Shown one piece after another: positions 15,829-25,084 of a DNA stretch of 38,078 bases (positions are counted from its first letter, which is position 1; every line of letters begins with the position of its first letter). Source of the DNA: Anaerolineales bacterium (GTDB taxonomy: Bacteria > Chloroflexota > Anaerolineae > Anaerolineales > RBG-16-64-43); NCBI GenBank assembly GCA_049684495.1, contig JBAVFZ010000315.1, positions 1 through 38,078 of the forward strand, written 5' to 3'. The position numbers were made by a program, and so were the translations under genes. The notes beneath the pieces are model-generated. The model saw only the letters and a program-made list of their open reading frames with translations, had not been told where the DNA came from and ran no database searches.

Positions 15829-17301
15829 TTATGGTTTTTCTTTCTCCAGCAATTCGCTTGCCTGCGTCCCGGCGGCGCCGCCCGGATCTAGCCGCAAGGC
15901 CGTTTCCCATTCCGCCTGCGCATCGGCGGCGAGTCCCTGTTCGCTATAGGCCATTCCCAGGTGCAGGTGCGCCCGGGCGGAAGCCGGATTAATTTCCAGC
16001 GCGCGCAGGAACAACCGCGCCGCCAGCGAGATATCGCCCATCTTGAACCAACCCAGCCCGAGCAGATCCAGCGCCCGGTCGTTCTGCGGAGCGAGGATCA
16101 CCGCCTGGCGCGCCGCCGGAATTCCGCTTTCGGCAACCCGGAAATCATTTTCGATGTAAAAGGCCGCCAGTACGATCCAGGCTTCCGGTTGCTTGGGAAA
16201 AAGCTCAACCGTTTGCAGCACCCAGCTTTCGGCCTCTCCCGGATTACCACGGGCGAAATCCGTCTGGGCGAGTTCCGCCGCGATGATCCAATCCCCCGGC
16301 CGCCGAAGCCATGCCTGCACCAGCCACCAGTGGGCCAGCGCGAGTTCTCCCTGGCGCCGCAGCCAGGCGCCGTACACCAGGCATGCCAGCGCCGAGTTCG
16401 GCGCCAGGGCGACTCCCTGGCGGTATGATTCTTCCGGATTCTCGCCGGTCGCCTCCTGTGCCACCCCCAGCAGGGCGTACGCCTCGCCGTATTTCGGATT
16501 CCGCTCGATCGCCCGGCGCAGTGCTTCCTTCGCCAGGCCCATCTCATTCAGCCTGATCAATTCCTCGCCGGTCGAGGCAAAGATGTATTCCGGGACGCGC
16601 CGGCCGACGGCGGCGCGGATCACCGCTTCCAGCGAACGCGCGTTTTCCCCGATCGGCTTCGGCGCGTTTTTCAACTGCGCGAGCAGATCCAGGGCGCTCC
16701 CGGGATTTTGAGCGGCGCGGATCAGCGCCAACGCGTATTTTGCTTCTGTATCGCCGGGCTGGCGGATCAATCGGAGTTGGATCGCCGCTTCGGCGCGGTC
16801 CCAGCGTTCGATCTCGAAATATCCCTTCCACACCCGGACCAGCAGATCGCCCCGCTCCGGCGAAAGCGCGAGTGCTTTCTCCCACTCCGCCAGCGCCTGC
16901 TCCCGCTCGCCCGCCCCCCAATACGCCTCTCCCAATTCGGCCAGGAATTGCGGATCCTGCCCGCGCGCGTCTTCCGCCAACCGCAGGTAACAAACCGCCG
17001 CCGGAAAATCCGGACGGGCCAGCAATTCCCGTCCGGCGGCGACGGCGAATTGGGAATCCTCCGGGAACCATAATGCGCCCCAGCCGGCGGCCGGCCGGGG
17101 ATCGGCGGCACAGGCGGGCCGGAAGGGGATGGCGCCGTGCGGCGTGGAGGCCGGGATCAGCCAGAGCGCGAGGGTCAGCCCGATGATCCAATGCTTCCGC
17201 CGGACGTGTCTCCGGAACCCATCGGCGGTTTTCGCAAGCAGGCGTGTGCCGGTTTGGTTTACGGCGCGGATGAAAGCGGGAAATGAAGCGGAGGGGCGCA
17301 T
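15829..17301 (-). CDS. Membrane-anchored TPR repeat protein
   Basis: ORF track 15829..17355. ATG 17301 is preferred because it lies 16 nt after the CapD-like stop and avoids overlap. An N-terminal TM segment (HWIIGLTLALWLIPAS) is followed by TPR-like repeats, for example AEAWIVLAAFYIENDFRVAESGIPAARQAVILAPQNDRALDLLGLGWFKMGD. Confidence 0.75.
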   Translation of the reverse strand: MRPSASFPAFIRAVNQTGTRLLAKTADGFRRHVRRKHWIIGLTLALWLIPASTPHGAIPFRPACAADPRPAAGWGALWFPEDSQFAVAAGRELLARPDFPAAVCYLRLAEDARGQDPQFLAELGEAYWGAGEREQALAEWEKALALSPERGDLLVRVWKGYFEIERWDRAEAAIQLRLIRQPGDTEAKYALALIRAAQNPGSALDLLAQLKNAPKPIGENARSLEAVIRAAVGRRVPEYIFASTGEELIRLNEMGLAKEALRRAIERNPKYGEAYALLGVAQEATGENPEESYRQGVALAPNSALACLVYGAWLRRQGELALAHWWLVQAWLRRPGDWIIAAELAQTDFARGNPGEAESWVLQTVELFPKQPEAWIVLAAFYIENDFRVAESGIPAARQAVILAPQNDRALDLLGLGWFKMGDISLAARLFLRALEINPASARAHLHLGMAYSEQGLAADAQAEWETALRLDPGGAAGTQASELLEKEKP

Positions 17302-17317
17302 CGTGTACGCCGCGGTG

Positions 17318-19195
17318 TCAGACGCTGGTGAGGTCCGGCGGAGGGGCCTGGCCAATCGTGCCTTCGGCCATCGAATTCAACCCGAGAATCAATTTCTGGA
17401 CTTCCCCGCGTTCCGCCTGGCCGGAAAGCTCCTCGACTTTGGATCGAAGCGCGTCCGGTTCGAGGGCATGATTTTCCCCGACCAGCCGGAGGATATCCGG
17501 ATGATTGGTCGGCCGCAGGGCTGTTTCGTCTTCCCAAAGCTGCTCGCTGAGTTTTTCGCCGGGCCGCACGCCGGTGAAAACGATCGGCACATCCTTGCCG
17601 GGTTCCAGGCCGGAAAGGCGGATAAGATCCTCGGCCAGCGAGACGATCCGCACCGGCTTTCCCATCCGCAGGAGGAGCGTATCCCCGCCTTCGCCCAGGA
17701 TCGCGGCCTGCAGCACCAGGTGCACCGCTTCGGGGATGGTCATGAAAAAGCGTTCCATATCCGGGTGCGTCACCGTCACCGGACCGCCGCGGGCGATCTG
17801 CCGCTTGAAGACGGGGATCACCGATCCGCGGCTGCCGAGCACGTTGCCGAACCGGACCGAGACATACGGCCTTCCGCTCCTGTGCGCCGCGTCCTGGACG
17901 ATCATTTCCGCCAGCCGCTTGGTGGCGCCCATGACGCTCGTCGGCCGGATCGCCTTGTCGCTGGAAATGAGCACCAGCCGCTCCGTGTTCCCTTCCAGCG
18001 CCAGGTCGACCAAATTGCGCGTCCCGAGGACGTTGTTGGTGAACGCTTCCTCGACGTTGATCTCCATCAGCGGCACGTGCTTGTGGGCCGCGGCATGGAA
18101 CACCACCTGGGGCGAGTGGGTGTGGAACACGGATTGCAGGCGGTCCCGGTCGCGGATATCCGCGATGACCGGGTGGAGGGCCAGTTCGGGATAATCCTCC
18201 CCCAGCGCGAGGAGCGCTTCGAAGATGCTGTTCTCCCCGTGGCCCAGAAGCAGAATTTCGCTCGGCCCCCAGCGCGCGATCTGCCGGCAAAGCTCGAAGC
18301 CGATCGAGCCGCCGGCGCCGGTGACCATCACCCGTTTGCCGCTCAGGGCGTACCCGACGGCCTGGTCGCCGGTGTGGGCCGGCGCCCGGCGCAGCAGGTC
18401 GCTGACCTCGACGTTGCGCAGCCGCCCGGCGCTCACCCGGCCGCCGATCAGTTCATACAGCCCGGGCATGGTCTGGTAGGGCAGCTTCCCCTTCCGGCAC
18501 AGGTCCGAAAGTTTCCGGAACACCTCGCCCGAGGCGGAGGGGATTGCGAACACCACTTCGTCCGCTTCCTGCTCGCGGGCGATCCGCATCACACTGTCCA
18601 GCCGGCCCAGTACCTGCACTTCGTGGATCCGCTGGTTAAGTTTTTCCGGCGCATCGTCGAGGAAACCGATCGGGATCATGCGCAACTGGGGATTTTTCTG
18701 CATCTCGCGCGCCACGAGCGCGCCCGCGTCGCCGGCCCCGGCGATGAGCACCCGTTTGGTCGCGCCGCTGCCCGGCATCCGGCGGCGGGCCTGCATGAGT
18801 TCCGAGAGCATGCGGATCGAAAACCGCAGCCCGCCGGTCAGCACCAGGCTCACCAGCCCATCGATGATCGGGATCGAACGCGGGATGCGCGGGAGGCCGA
18901 AGGGGAAGGTCAGGAAGTAATAGCCGTACATCAGGAGGACGTTGACCCCGATCGCGGCGATGATTAACTCCGCTTCCTTTATGCTGGCGTACGCCCAAAA
19001 GCGCCGGTACAACCCGAATCGCCAATACACGATCGGTTTTACGAGCAAGGCCGCGGCGATCATCCACAACGCCGCCGGCAGATAGAAGACGAACACATCG
19101 CGCAAGGCCAATGAGACCAGGATGGAAAGGGCGATGAATACCAGATCGGCCAGGAACAGGTAACGGTTGCGGAGCAGGACGATGGATTTGTTCAT
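17318..19195 (-). CDS. Membrane-anchored polysaccharide biosynthesis protein CapD/PglF/WbpM-like (UDP-sugar 4,6-dehydratase family)
   Basis: ORF track 17318..19225. ATG 19195 overlaps the epimerase stop as ATGA (19192-19195). The N-terminus has four hydrophobic helices. A first Rossmann-like motif (LIAGAGDAGALVAREM) is followed by VMVTGAGGSIGFELCRQI. SSDKAIRPTSVMGATKRLAE is the M-x3-K variant typical of this family. Confidence 0.88.
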   Translation of the reverse strand: MNKSIVLLRNRYLFLADLVFIALSILVSLALRDVFVFYLPAALWMIAAALLVKPIVYWRFGLYRRFWAYASIKEAELIIAAIGVNVLLMYGYYFLTFPFGLPRIPRSIPIIDGLVSLVLTGGLRFSIRMLSELMQARRRMPGSGATKRVLIAGAGDAGALVAREMQKNPQLRMIPIGFLDDAPEKLNQRIHEVQVLGRLDSVMRIAREQEADEVVFAIPSASGEVFRKLSDLCRKGKLPYQTMPGLYELIGGRVSAGRLRNVEVSDLLRRAPAHTGDQAVGYALSGKRVMVTGAGGSIGFELCRQIARWGPSEILLLGHGENSIFEALLALGEDYPELALHPVIADIRDRDRLQSVFHTHSPQVVFHAAAHKHVPLMEINVEEAFTNNVLGTRNLVDLALEGNTERLVLISSDKAIRPTSVMGATKRLAEMIVQDAAHRSGRPYVSVRFGNVLGSRGSVIPVFKRQIARGGPVTVTHPDMERFFMTIPEAVHLVLQAAILGEGGDTLLLRMGKPVRIVSLAEDLIRLSGLEPGKDVPIVFTGVRPGEKLSEQLWEDETALRPTNHPDILRLVGENHALEPDALRSKVEELSGQAERGEVQKLILGLNSMAEGTIGQAPPPDLTSV

Positions 19196-20136
19196 GCCGC
19201 CCCGCCCTCCGCGCCCCTCATCCAATTCAGAGTCTCAGCCAGCCCGGTCCGGAATTCCGTCTGCGGGCGAAACGCCAGCAGCGCGCGGGCGCGGGAGGGA
19301 TCAGAGTGCGAATGGTAGATGTCGCCGGGGCGCGCGGCGGCGAAGGTCAGCGGAATGCGCGCGCCGCATAGTGAGGATAGTTCGGAATGCAATTGCAGCA
19401 GGCTGCGGCCGCGCCCGGTGCCGATGTTCAGGACTTGCCCGGCCGCGCGCTCCGTTTCACATGCCAGGCGGTTGGCCCGGACCACATCCGCTATATAAAT
19501 GAAGTCGCGCGTCTGTTTGCCGTCGCCGAAAACGGTCACCCCGCCGCCGGTGATCGCGCGCGAGGCGAAAATGGCGATCACGCCCGAATAGGGGGAAGAG
19601 GGATCCTGGCGCGGGCCGAACACATTGAAGTAGCGCAGGCACACCACCGGCAGATCGTAGGAATGATAGAAGGAAACCGCGAGGGATTCTCCCGCCAGTT
19701 TGCTGACGGCGTAGGGGGAAAGCGCGTGGGTCGCCTGATCCTCTTTGGCGGGAAGCGCGCCGGCGCCGTAAACCGCGCAGGATGAGGCCATCACCAGCCG
19801 CCGGACCTTCGCGCGTTTTGCGGCCTGCAATACGTTCAACGTTCCGGTGACGTTCACCTCCAGCGTGTCTTCCGGACGCTCCACCGACTCCGCCACCGAG
19901 ACCATGGCCGCGTGATGCAGCACGTAATCCACGCCGCGCATCGCGGATTGAAGCTCGCGCCGGTCGCGGATGTCGCCCTTGCGGACGTCCACTTTGCCGC
20001 GCAGCGCCGCCAGGTTTTTCCGTTTCCCGGTGCTGAAATTATCGAGAATCCTGACCGCGTGTCCGTCGCGGACCAGGTTTTCCGCCAGATGCGATCCGAT
20101 GAATCCGGCTCCGCCGGTGATGAGATAAGTCGACAA
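19192..20136 (-). CDS. Extended-SDR NAD-dependent sugar-nucleotide 4-epimerase-like enzyme (WbpP/TviC/GalE family)
   Basis: ORF track 19192..20280. The preferred start is TTG 20136, with GGGAGG 9 nt upstream, giving (M)STYLITGGAGFIGSHL. Other motifs are LDNFSTGKRKNL and the catalytic SPYAVSK (YxxxK). The longer N-terminal extension is Arg/Gly-rich and would overlap the GT2 gene. Confidence 0.85.
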   Translation of the reverse strand: MSTYLITGGAGFIGSHLAENLVRDGHAVRILDNFSTGKRKNLAALRGKVDVRKGDIRDRRELQSAMRGVDYVLHHAAMVSVAESVERPEDTLEVNVTGTLNVLQAAKRAKVRRLVMASSCAVYGAGALPAKEDQATHALSPYAVSKLAGESLAVSFYHSYDLPVVCLRYFNVFGPRQDPSSPYSGVIAIFASRAITGGGVTVFGDGKQTRDFIYIADVVRANRLACETERAAGQVLNIGTGRGRSLLQLHSELSSLCGARIPLTFAAARPGDIYHSHSDPSRARALLAFRPQTEFRTGLAETLNWMRGAEGGAA

Positions 20137-20186
20137 CGCGATCCGCCTCCCAGCGGGAAAATGCCATTTTACCAACTCGCCCGGGA

Positions 20187-21236
20187 TCAGGTGCCCGCCC
20201 GCCCTCGCGAAGCGGGGGGCCGTCCCCGAAACAGCCGGCCCAGCGACCTCGCCGCCCCGATCCAGAAACCGACGCCCCATGCGGAATGGATGCAGAAGAA
20301 GATCAACATCAAGGTCGGAAAAAGCGCCGCATCCTTCCGAACCGCAGCCTCCCGGCCGGCAAATCCGGCGCTGACCGCGGCATATGCCAACAGCTCCAGC
20401 CCGAGAATTATAGCCAATGGGGGCAGGAGGAAGGATCCGGCGCCCAGAACGGCCAGTGAGGGCGCGAATAAGGCCGGGATTAATTGCCGCAGCCGGATCG
20501 ATTTCGGGTGGAACGACAGCATGACCGCTTTCTGGCGCCCGTAAAAATAATACTGCCGCACGAGCGCGGCCAAATCACCGCGGGCGATATACCGGGAACG
20601 GATCGCCGGCGAGAAGAAGATCCTCCCGCCGGCCGCCCGCACCCGGTAATTGAATTCATAATCCTCGTTGACCGGAACCCGCTCGTTGAACCCGCCCACC
20701 CGGCGGAACACGTCGCGGCGGAATGCGGCGAAGGGAACGGTATCCACCTCGCCCTCCGTCCCGCCCGACCGGTAGCGCACGCCGCCGGTGGCGAATGGGT
20801 TGGCCACGGCCGCGGCAATCGCGCGCGCAACGACTCCTCCGCCCCCCGGCTGGATGGAAATCCCGCCGCCCACCCCGTCGCATCCCGACCGCTCGAACGC
20901 CCGCACGCATTGTTCGACATAATCCGGATCCGGGATGGCATGCGCGTCCATGCGCAGGATGATCTCACCGTGCGCCTCGCGCAACGCGGCGTTCAATCCG
21001 GCCGGCGCGGAAAGCCCCGGGTTGTCGACCCAGCGCAGCGCCCATCCGGGATGGGCCCGCGCAAAGCCCTCGATTCTTTCCCGCGTCCCGTCGGTGGAGC
21101 GGCCGTCGGCGACGATCACCTCGATCCGCCCGGCCGGAAACGACTGCCGGTGCAGCGCCTCGAGGACCTGTTCAATCGTCCGTTCCTCGTTGCGGCACGG
21201 GATCAGTACCGAAATCCGGGGGGGGGATTCGCTCAT
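20187..21236 (-). CDS. Family 2 glycosyltransferase, ExoA-like, with C-terminal TM helices
   Basis: This is the tail of track ORF 20187..21917. ATG 21236 overlaps the upstream GT4 stop as ATGA (21233-21236). Motifs are ISVLIPCRNEE, VADGRSTDGT, RMDAH and NEDYEFNYR. The C-terminus is hydrophobic (LIPALFAPSLAVLGAGSFLLPPLAIILGLELLAYAAV, LFPTLMLIFFCIHSAWGVGFWIGA). Confidence 0.85.
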   Translation of the reverse strand: MSESPPRISVLIPCRNEERTIEQVLEALHRQSFPAGRIEVIVADGRSTDGTRERIEGFARAHPGWALRWVDNPGLSAPAGLNAALREAHGEIILRMDAHAIPDPDYVEQCVRAFERSGCDGVGGGISIQPGGGGVVARAIAAAVANPFATGGVRYRSGGTEGEVDTVPFAAFRRDVFRRVGGFNERVPVNEDYEFNYRVRAAGGRIFFSPAIRSRYIARGDLAALVRQYYFYGRQKAVMLSFHPKSIRLRQLIPALFAPSLAVLGAGSFLLPPLAIILGLELLAYAAVSAGFAGREAAVRKDAALFPTLMLIFFCIHSAWGVGFWIGAARSLGRLFRGRPPASRGRAGT

Positions 21237-22429
21237 CGCGGACGGGAGCCCAGGAGCGCCTGGTATTGCTCTTCGAGGTCGGCGGCAATCCCGCTCCAGC
21301 CATATCCTTCGGCGAAGGCGCGGGCGGCTTTGCCGATCCGTTTCCGTTCGGTGGCCTGGCGGAGCAGGCGAATGACTTCCACGCCGAACGACCGGTCGGC
21401 GGCGGCCAGGAGGATTTCCTCCCCGCTGCGCGCGGAGATTCCCTCGGCGCCTACCGGCGTGCTGACGACGGTTTTTCCGGCGGCCATGGCCTCCAGAATT
21501 TTCAACCGCATCCCTCCGCCCGAGCGCAGCGGGACGATCACAACAGAAGCGCGGTGCAGATACGGCCGCACGTCGTCGACAAATCCGGTCACCCGAATGT
21601 TGCGGTCCTCTTCCGGCCAGTGCAGGATGTCGGCCGGCGGCGACTTTCCGACCACGATCCAGCGCGCGGTCGGCTCTTCCTGCGTGACCCGCGGCCACGC
21701 CTTGGTGCGGAACCAGCGGACGGCATCCGCGTTCGGCGGCCAATCCAGCGCGCCCACGAACACAATCGTCCCGGGCTCCTCGCTCATCGGCTGCGGACTG
21801 TACCGCTCGAGGTCGACCCCCGCCGGGGATACGGCCACCGATGCATCCGGCACGAGCTTCAGAATCCGTTCGGCATCCTCCTGGGTGATCGCCACGCACA
21901 GATCGGCCTGCTGGCAAGCCCGCATCTCAAACGCGCGCATCCGCCGCGATTGAATCCGAACGTAATGGTTCAACGGGAAGATGGCCGTCCGGGCGTACCG
22001 CTCCTCCAGAATCCACTCCACATTTTGCAGCCGCAGGACCGCCTGAACCCCCAGACCCTGCGCCAATCCAAGGTAATGCGCCATGTGGGTGCCTTCCAGA
22101 TGGACGAGGTCGAATCGCTGCTCGTGGAAGGCCTCGCGGATGGCGGCGGTCATGGCGCCGGAGCGGTACTTCGAAGCGGTATACGGCATCGGCGATAGTA
22201 CCGCCAGTGCGGCACCCAAATAATTGGTCGCGGTATTGTGTTGAATCGCCTTGGCCCAGACCAATCCGGCCCGGGTGCGGAATTCGTCCGCCGCACCCTG
22301 ATCGCCAAAACCCAGAAAGCCCGCCTGATGCCCGCGCGCCGTCAGATGCCGGATTAATTCGTACAGCGCGATCCGGGATCCGTCGGTGGCCGGCCATGGA
22401 ATTTTCGGGGCAACGAACAGAATTTTCAT
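21233..22429 (-). CDS. Family 4 glycosyltransferase (GT-B)
   Basis: 398 aa. The N-terminus is MKILFVAPKIPWPATDGSRIALYELIRHL. The C-terminal E-x7-E region is VIVPLRSGGGMRLKILEAMAAGKTVVSTPVGAEGI. There is a 1-nt gap to the upstream gene. Confidence 0.88.
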   Translation of the reverse strand: MKILFVAPKIPWPATDGSRIALYELIRHLTARGHQAGFLGFGDQGAADEFRTRAGLVWAKAIQHNTATNYLGAALAVLSPMPYTASKYRSGAMTAAIREAFHEQRFDLVHLEGTHMAHYLGLAQGLGVQAVLRLQNVEWILEERYARTAIFPLNHYVRIQSRRMRAFEMRACQQADLCVAITQEDAERILKLVPDASVAVSPAGVDLERYSPQPMSEEPGTIVFVGALDWPPNADAVRWFRTKAWPRVTQEEPTARWIVVGKSPPADILHWPEEDRNIRVTGFVDDVRPYLHRASVVIVPLRSGGGMRLKILEAMAAGKTVVSTPVGAEGISARSGEEILLAAADRSFGVEVIRLLRQATERKRIGKAARAFAEGYGWSGIAADLEEQYQALLGSRPR

Positions 22430-22430
22430 A

Positions 22431-23951
22431 TCAGGCGAGCCTCACCAGTTGGTCCTCGCGCCGCCGGCGCATCCGGATATGCCACGCGATTACGGCGGCA
22501 GCGGCCGCCCCCAGCGCCAGCAGGATCGGAACTATGCTGTCCAGCTTCCAGGCCATGAAGCCGATCAAGGGAATCCAGACGAGCAATCCAACCACCCACC
22601 ATCTCCGGCTGAAGACCAGCCCCTCCGCCGCCAGCATCAGCGCGATGGGCATGATCATGTCCCGGTGCCGGTATTCCCGGGGTATGAAAATGGATACAAC
22701 CAGAAAAACTGCAACCGCATAAAAGAGCACCGGCCATATCCCGCCCCGGCTGCGGCGGACCGCTTCCCGGATCCCCAGGATGGAGAACGGCAGCAGGAAA
22801 TACCACATCCACATTCCGGGGAAGGCGATCATGTAGGTTTCGAAGCGCGGCACCTCGGGCAGGGTTCCCGGCAGAAGCCAGGCATACGGCGCGAGGGCGG
22901 TGGAGAACATCGTCAACCCCATGTACTTCGCGAAACCGGCCGGATGCACGAGGATCCATTCCGCGAAAGTGCCGATGGTTCTTGTGTTGGGAATTTCGGT
23001 GACCTGGAACAGCGAGGATCCGGTATCCACGGTGACATCGAAGAGATGGCGCGCGGAAATCAACGGCCAAAGGACGGCCAGGAGGATCAACGCCGATCCG
23101 ATAACCAGTATCCATCGCATCGGCCGGCCGTTTTTCAAGAATTCGACCAGCAGAACCGCCCCGACAGCCCCCGCCAGTACGACAGGGATGTAATTGCGAA
23201 GTTGTCCGGCGAGCAGAAAAACCGCGATCATCACCGCCGCCCAACCGGCGGCGCGCAGAATCCGTACGGGGGGTTTATCCGGAAGGACCAGAATGTTCCA
23301 AAGCCGGTACAAACCCAGGAAGAACAGCAGGATAAGAAAAAGGAAGAGCGGGTCCTTCAGGGTCATCATTTCCCAGAGCCAGAACCCGGTATAGAACGCC
23401 GTCAACCACCCGGCCCAACGCGCGGTGACCGGGCCGAACAGCATCGCCGAAATCCGGTAAACCAGATACACCGTCGAAGCCCCGAGGACGGTGTTGATGA
23501 CGATCGCCGCGGCGGTCGCGTGGCCGATCAGGAAATACAGCCCGGCCAGCAACCGCGGGTAGATGTCATCCAGGAGATAATCCACCGGGCCGAGCTTTAC
23601 GGCAGCCGCGGAGCTATGCCAGGCCTGGGCCAGGGCCCAGGCCACGCGGTCGTAGGTTTTGGAGTCGTCGTAAATATATCCTTCGTTCCCGCCGATGCTC
23701 CAATGGAAGAGGGCGGCGGCCGCAAGCCGCACGCCCAGCGCCACGAGGAACAAACGGACCACAAACCGGCGTTCCTCTTCGGGGGAATCAAAAAGCGCCA
23801 GACCGAGCGCCAATCCGCCGGCCAACAGAAGGGTGAACAGCGGGGCGCCGGCGGTCTCCCACGGCAGCAAGGCGAACCCAAGCGCTCCCGCAACAGCCAG
23901 GAGCGCCGAAAGCCAGAAAAAACCTTGGCGTTTAAGGATCGGCTTCATCAT
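22431..23951 (-). CDS. 506-aa polytopic membrane protein, GT-C-like (ArnT/PMT/DUF2029-like) glycosyltransferase or polymerase candidate
   Basis: This is the tail of track ORF 22431..24353. ATG-ATG at 23951 lies 8 nt after the upstream GT4 stop. There are about 12 hydrophobic segments, and the first loop carries GNEGYIYDDSKTYDRVAWALAQAW. I recognise no nucleotide-binding or Wzx-type features. The upstream 134 codons are a shadow overlapping the GT4 gene. Confidence 0.6.
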   Translation of the reverse strand: MMKPILKRQGFFWLSALLAVAGALGFALLPWETAGAPLFTLLLAGGLALGLALFDSPEEERRFVVRLFLVALGVRLAAAALFHWSIGGNEGYIYDDSKTYDRVAWALAQAWHSSAAAVKLGPVDYLLDDIYPRLLAGLYFLIGHATAAAIVINTVLGASTVYLVYRISAMLFGPVTARWAGWLTAFYTGFWLWEMMTLKDPLFLFLILLFFLGLYRLWNILVLPDKPPVRILRAAGWAAVMIAVFLLAGQLRNYIPVVLAGAVGAVLLVEFLKNGRPMRWILVIGSALILLAVLWPLISARHLFDVTVDTGSSLFQVTEIPNTRTIGTFAEWILVHPAGFAKYMGLTMFSTALAPYAWLLPGTLPEVPRFETYMIAFPGMWMWYFLLPFSILGIREAVRRSRGGIWPVLFYAVAVFLVVSIFIPREYRHRDMIMPIALMLAAEGLVFSRRWWVVGLLVWIPLIGFMAWKLDSIVPILLALGAAAAAVIAWHIRMRRRREDQLVRLA

Positions 23952-23959
23952 AGAAAAGA

Positions 23960-25084
23960 TTATCCCGCGGTGGAACGGCCGGCCAGCACATCGGAATAAA
24001 CCGCCCGCGTTCCGTCGATCATTCGCTGCAGAGTATACTCCCGCGCGCGAAGCGCCCCCTCCCGCCCCATCGAAACGCGCATTTCCGGATTCTCTCCCAG
24101 GCGGGTCATGGCTTCCGCCAGCAATCCCGGATCCCGGCGGGGAACCAACAAACCCGTAACGTCCGGCTCGACCAGATCCCGGTTGCCGCCGACATCCGTG
24201 GCAATGCAGGGCAGGCCGCAGGCCATCGCTTCCAGCAGGGTATAGGAAAAACTTTCGAAATCCGAAGGCAGGACAAACACATCCGCGGCGTGCATGGTTT
24301 CGCGGATATTCTCGCGCATTTGCACCCCCATCAGGTCCAGGCGCTTTTTCCAACCGCCCGTTTCCGCGGTGCGCACCAGTTCCTCGCGCTTCGGTCCCTC
24401 CCCCGCCGCCTGCAGACGCGCTCCGGGAATCCGCCCGGCCACAATCTCGAAGGCTGCCGCCAGATTCTCGATTCCTTTCTCGCGCGCCATCCGGCCGACG
24501 TATAAGAAACGGATTTCCCGGTTCGGTCGTAAAAGGTGCAGCGCGGGACCGAACCAGTCGGCTTCCAATCCGTTCGGGACAAGCGCGGCTTTTTCCGGCG
24601 GGATGAGGCGCCCGTCAAGATAAATCCGGCGGATTGTTTTCGATACGAAAATCACTCTCTCGGAGGCCTGCCGGTTAAGCAGGCCTTCCGCCATCCGGTA
24701 CGCGCGGACAGCCAGCGGATTGGCCGGGAGGAAGAACGAGGGCGTGTGGACCGTGTGGACGGCGGGCAACCCCGCCGCGCGGGCCGCGATGCGCCCCAGC
24801 AGCCCGCCGCGGGTGTCGTGGGTGTGCACCAATTGAATCCCCCGGGCAAGAAATTCTTTTCTCAAGCGAAGAAACATCCGCCCGTCGAATTTCCCCGCCG
24901 GCGGGAGCGCCGCGCACTTCACGCCCAGCCCCCCGGCATTCGAAAGAAACGGTTCGGCGAGCGTTCCCAGGACGTGGAATTCAAATTCCTTCCCAAGCCC
25001 GTGGAATAATTGCAGCAAGTGGGTTTCTATTCCCCCGATGGCCAAGGGCGAAAAGGAGACGATGGCGATTCGCGGCCTGCTCAC
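23960..25084 (-). CDS. Family 4 glycosyltransferase (GT-B)
   Basis: 374 aa. The GTG start overlaps the upstream stop as GTGA (25081-25084). Motifs are RIAIVSFSPLAIGGIETHLLQL and VFVLPSDFESFSYTLLEAMACGLPCIATDVGGNRDLV. Confidence 0.88.
   Translation of the reverse strand: MSRPRIAIVSFSPLAIGGIETHLLQLFHGLGKEFEFHVLGTLAEPFLSNAGGLGVKCAALPPAGKFDGRMFLRLRKEFLARGIQLVHTHDTRGGLLGRIAARAAGLPAVHTVHTPSFFLPANPLAVRAYRMAEGLLNRQASERVIFVSKTIRRIYLDGRLIPPEKAALVPNGLEADWFGPALHLLRPNREIRFLYVGRMAREKGIENLAAAFEIVAGRIPGARLQAAGEGPKREELVRTAETGGWKKRLDLMGVQMRENIRETMHAADVFVLPSDFESFSYTLLEAMACGLPCIATDVGGNRDLVEPDVTGLLVPRRDPGLLAEAMTRLGENPEMRVSMGREGALRAREYTLQRMIDGTRAVYSDVLAGRSTAG

Noticed and set aside
17129-18967. 612-aa plus-strand ORF, and similar long plus-strand ORFs at 20484..21953, 22386..23999, 30594..31793 and 36009..37085
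   Set aside because: All lie antisense to minus-strand genes that carry clear family motifs (CapD, GT2, GT4, membrane protein, oxidoreductase). Their translations are low-complexity and Arg/Pro/Gly/His-rich.
21237-21917. Long N-terminal extensions of four track ORFs (21237-21917, 23952-24353, 29463-29786, 35953-36546), and shorter ones at 3556-3717, 19196-19225 and 17302-17355
   Set aside because: Each extension overlaps the 3' end of the upstream, well-supported gene in another frame and is Arg/Gly/Pro-rich. In each case an internal ATG sits at an ATGA overlap or within 8 nt of the upstream stop, and the family-typical N-terminus begins there.
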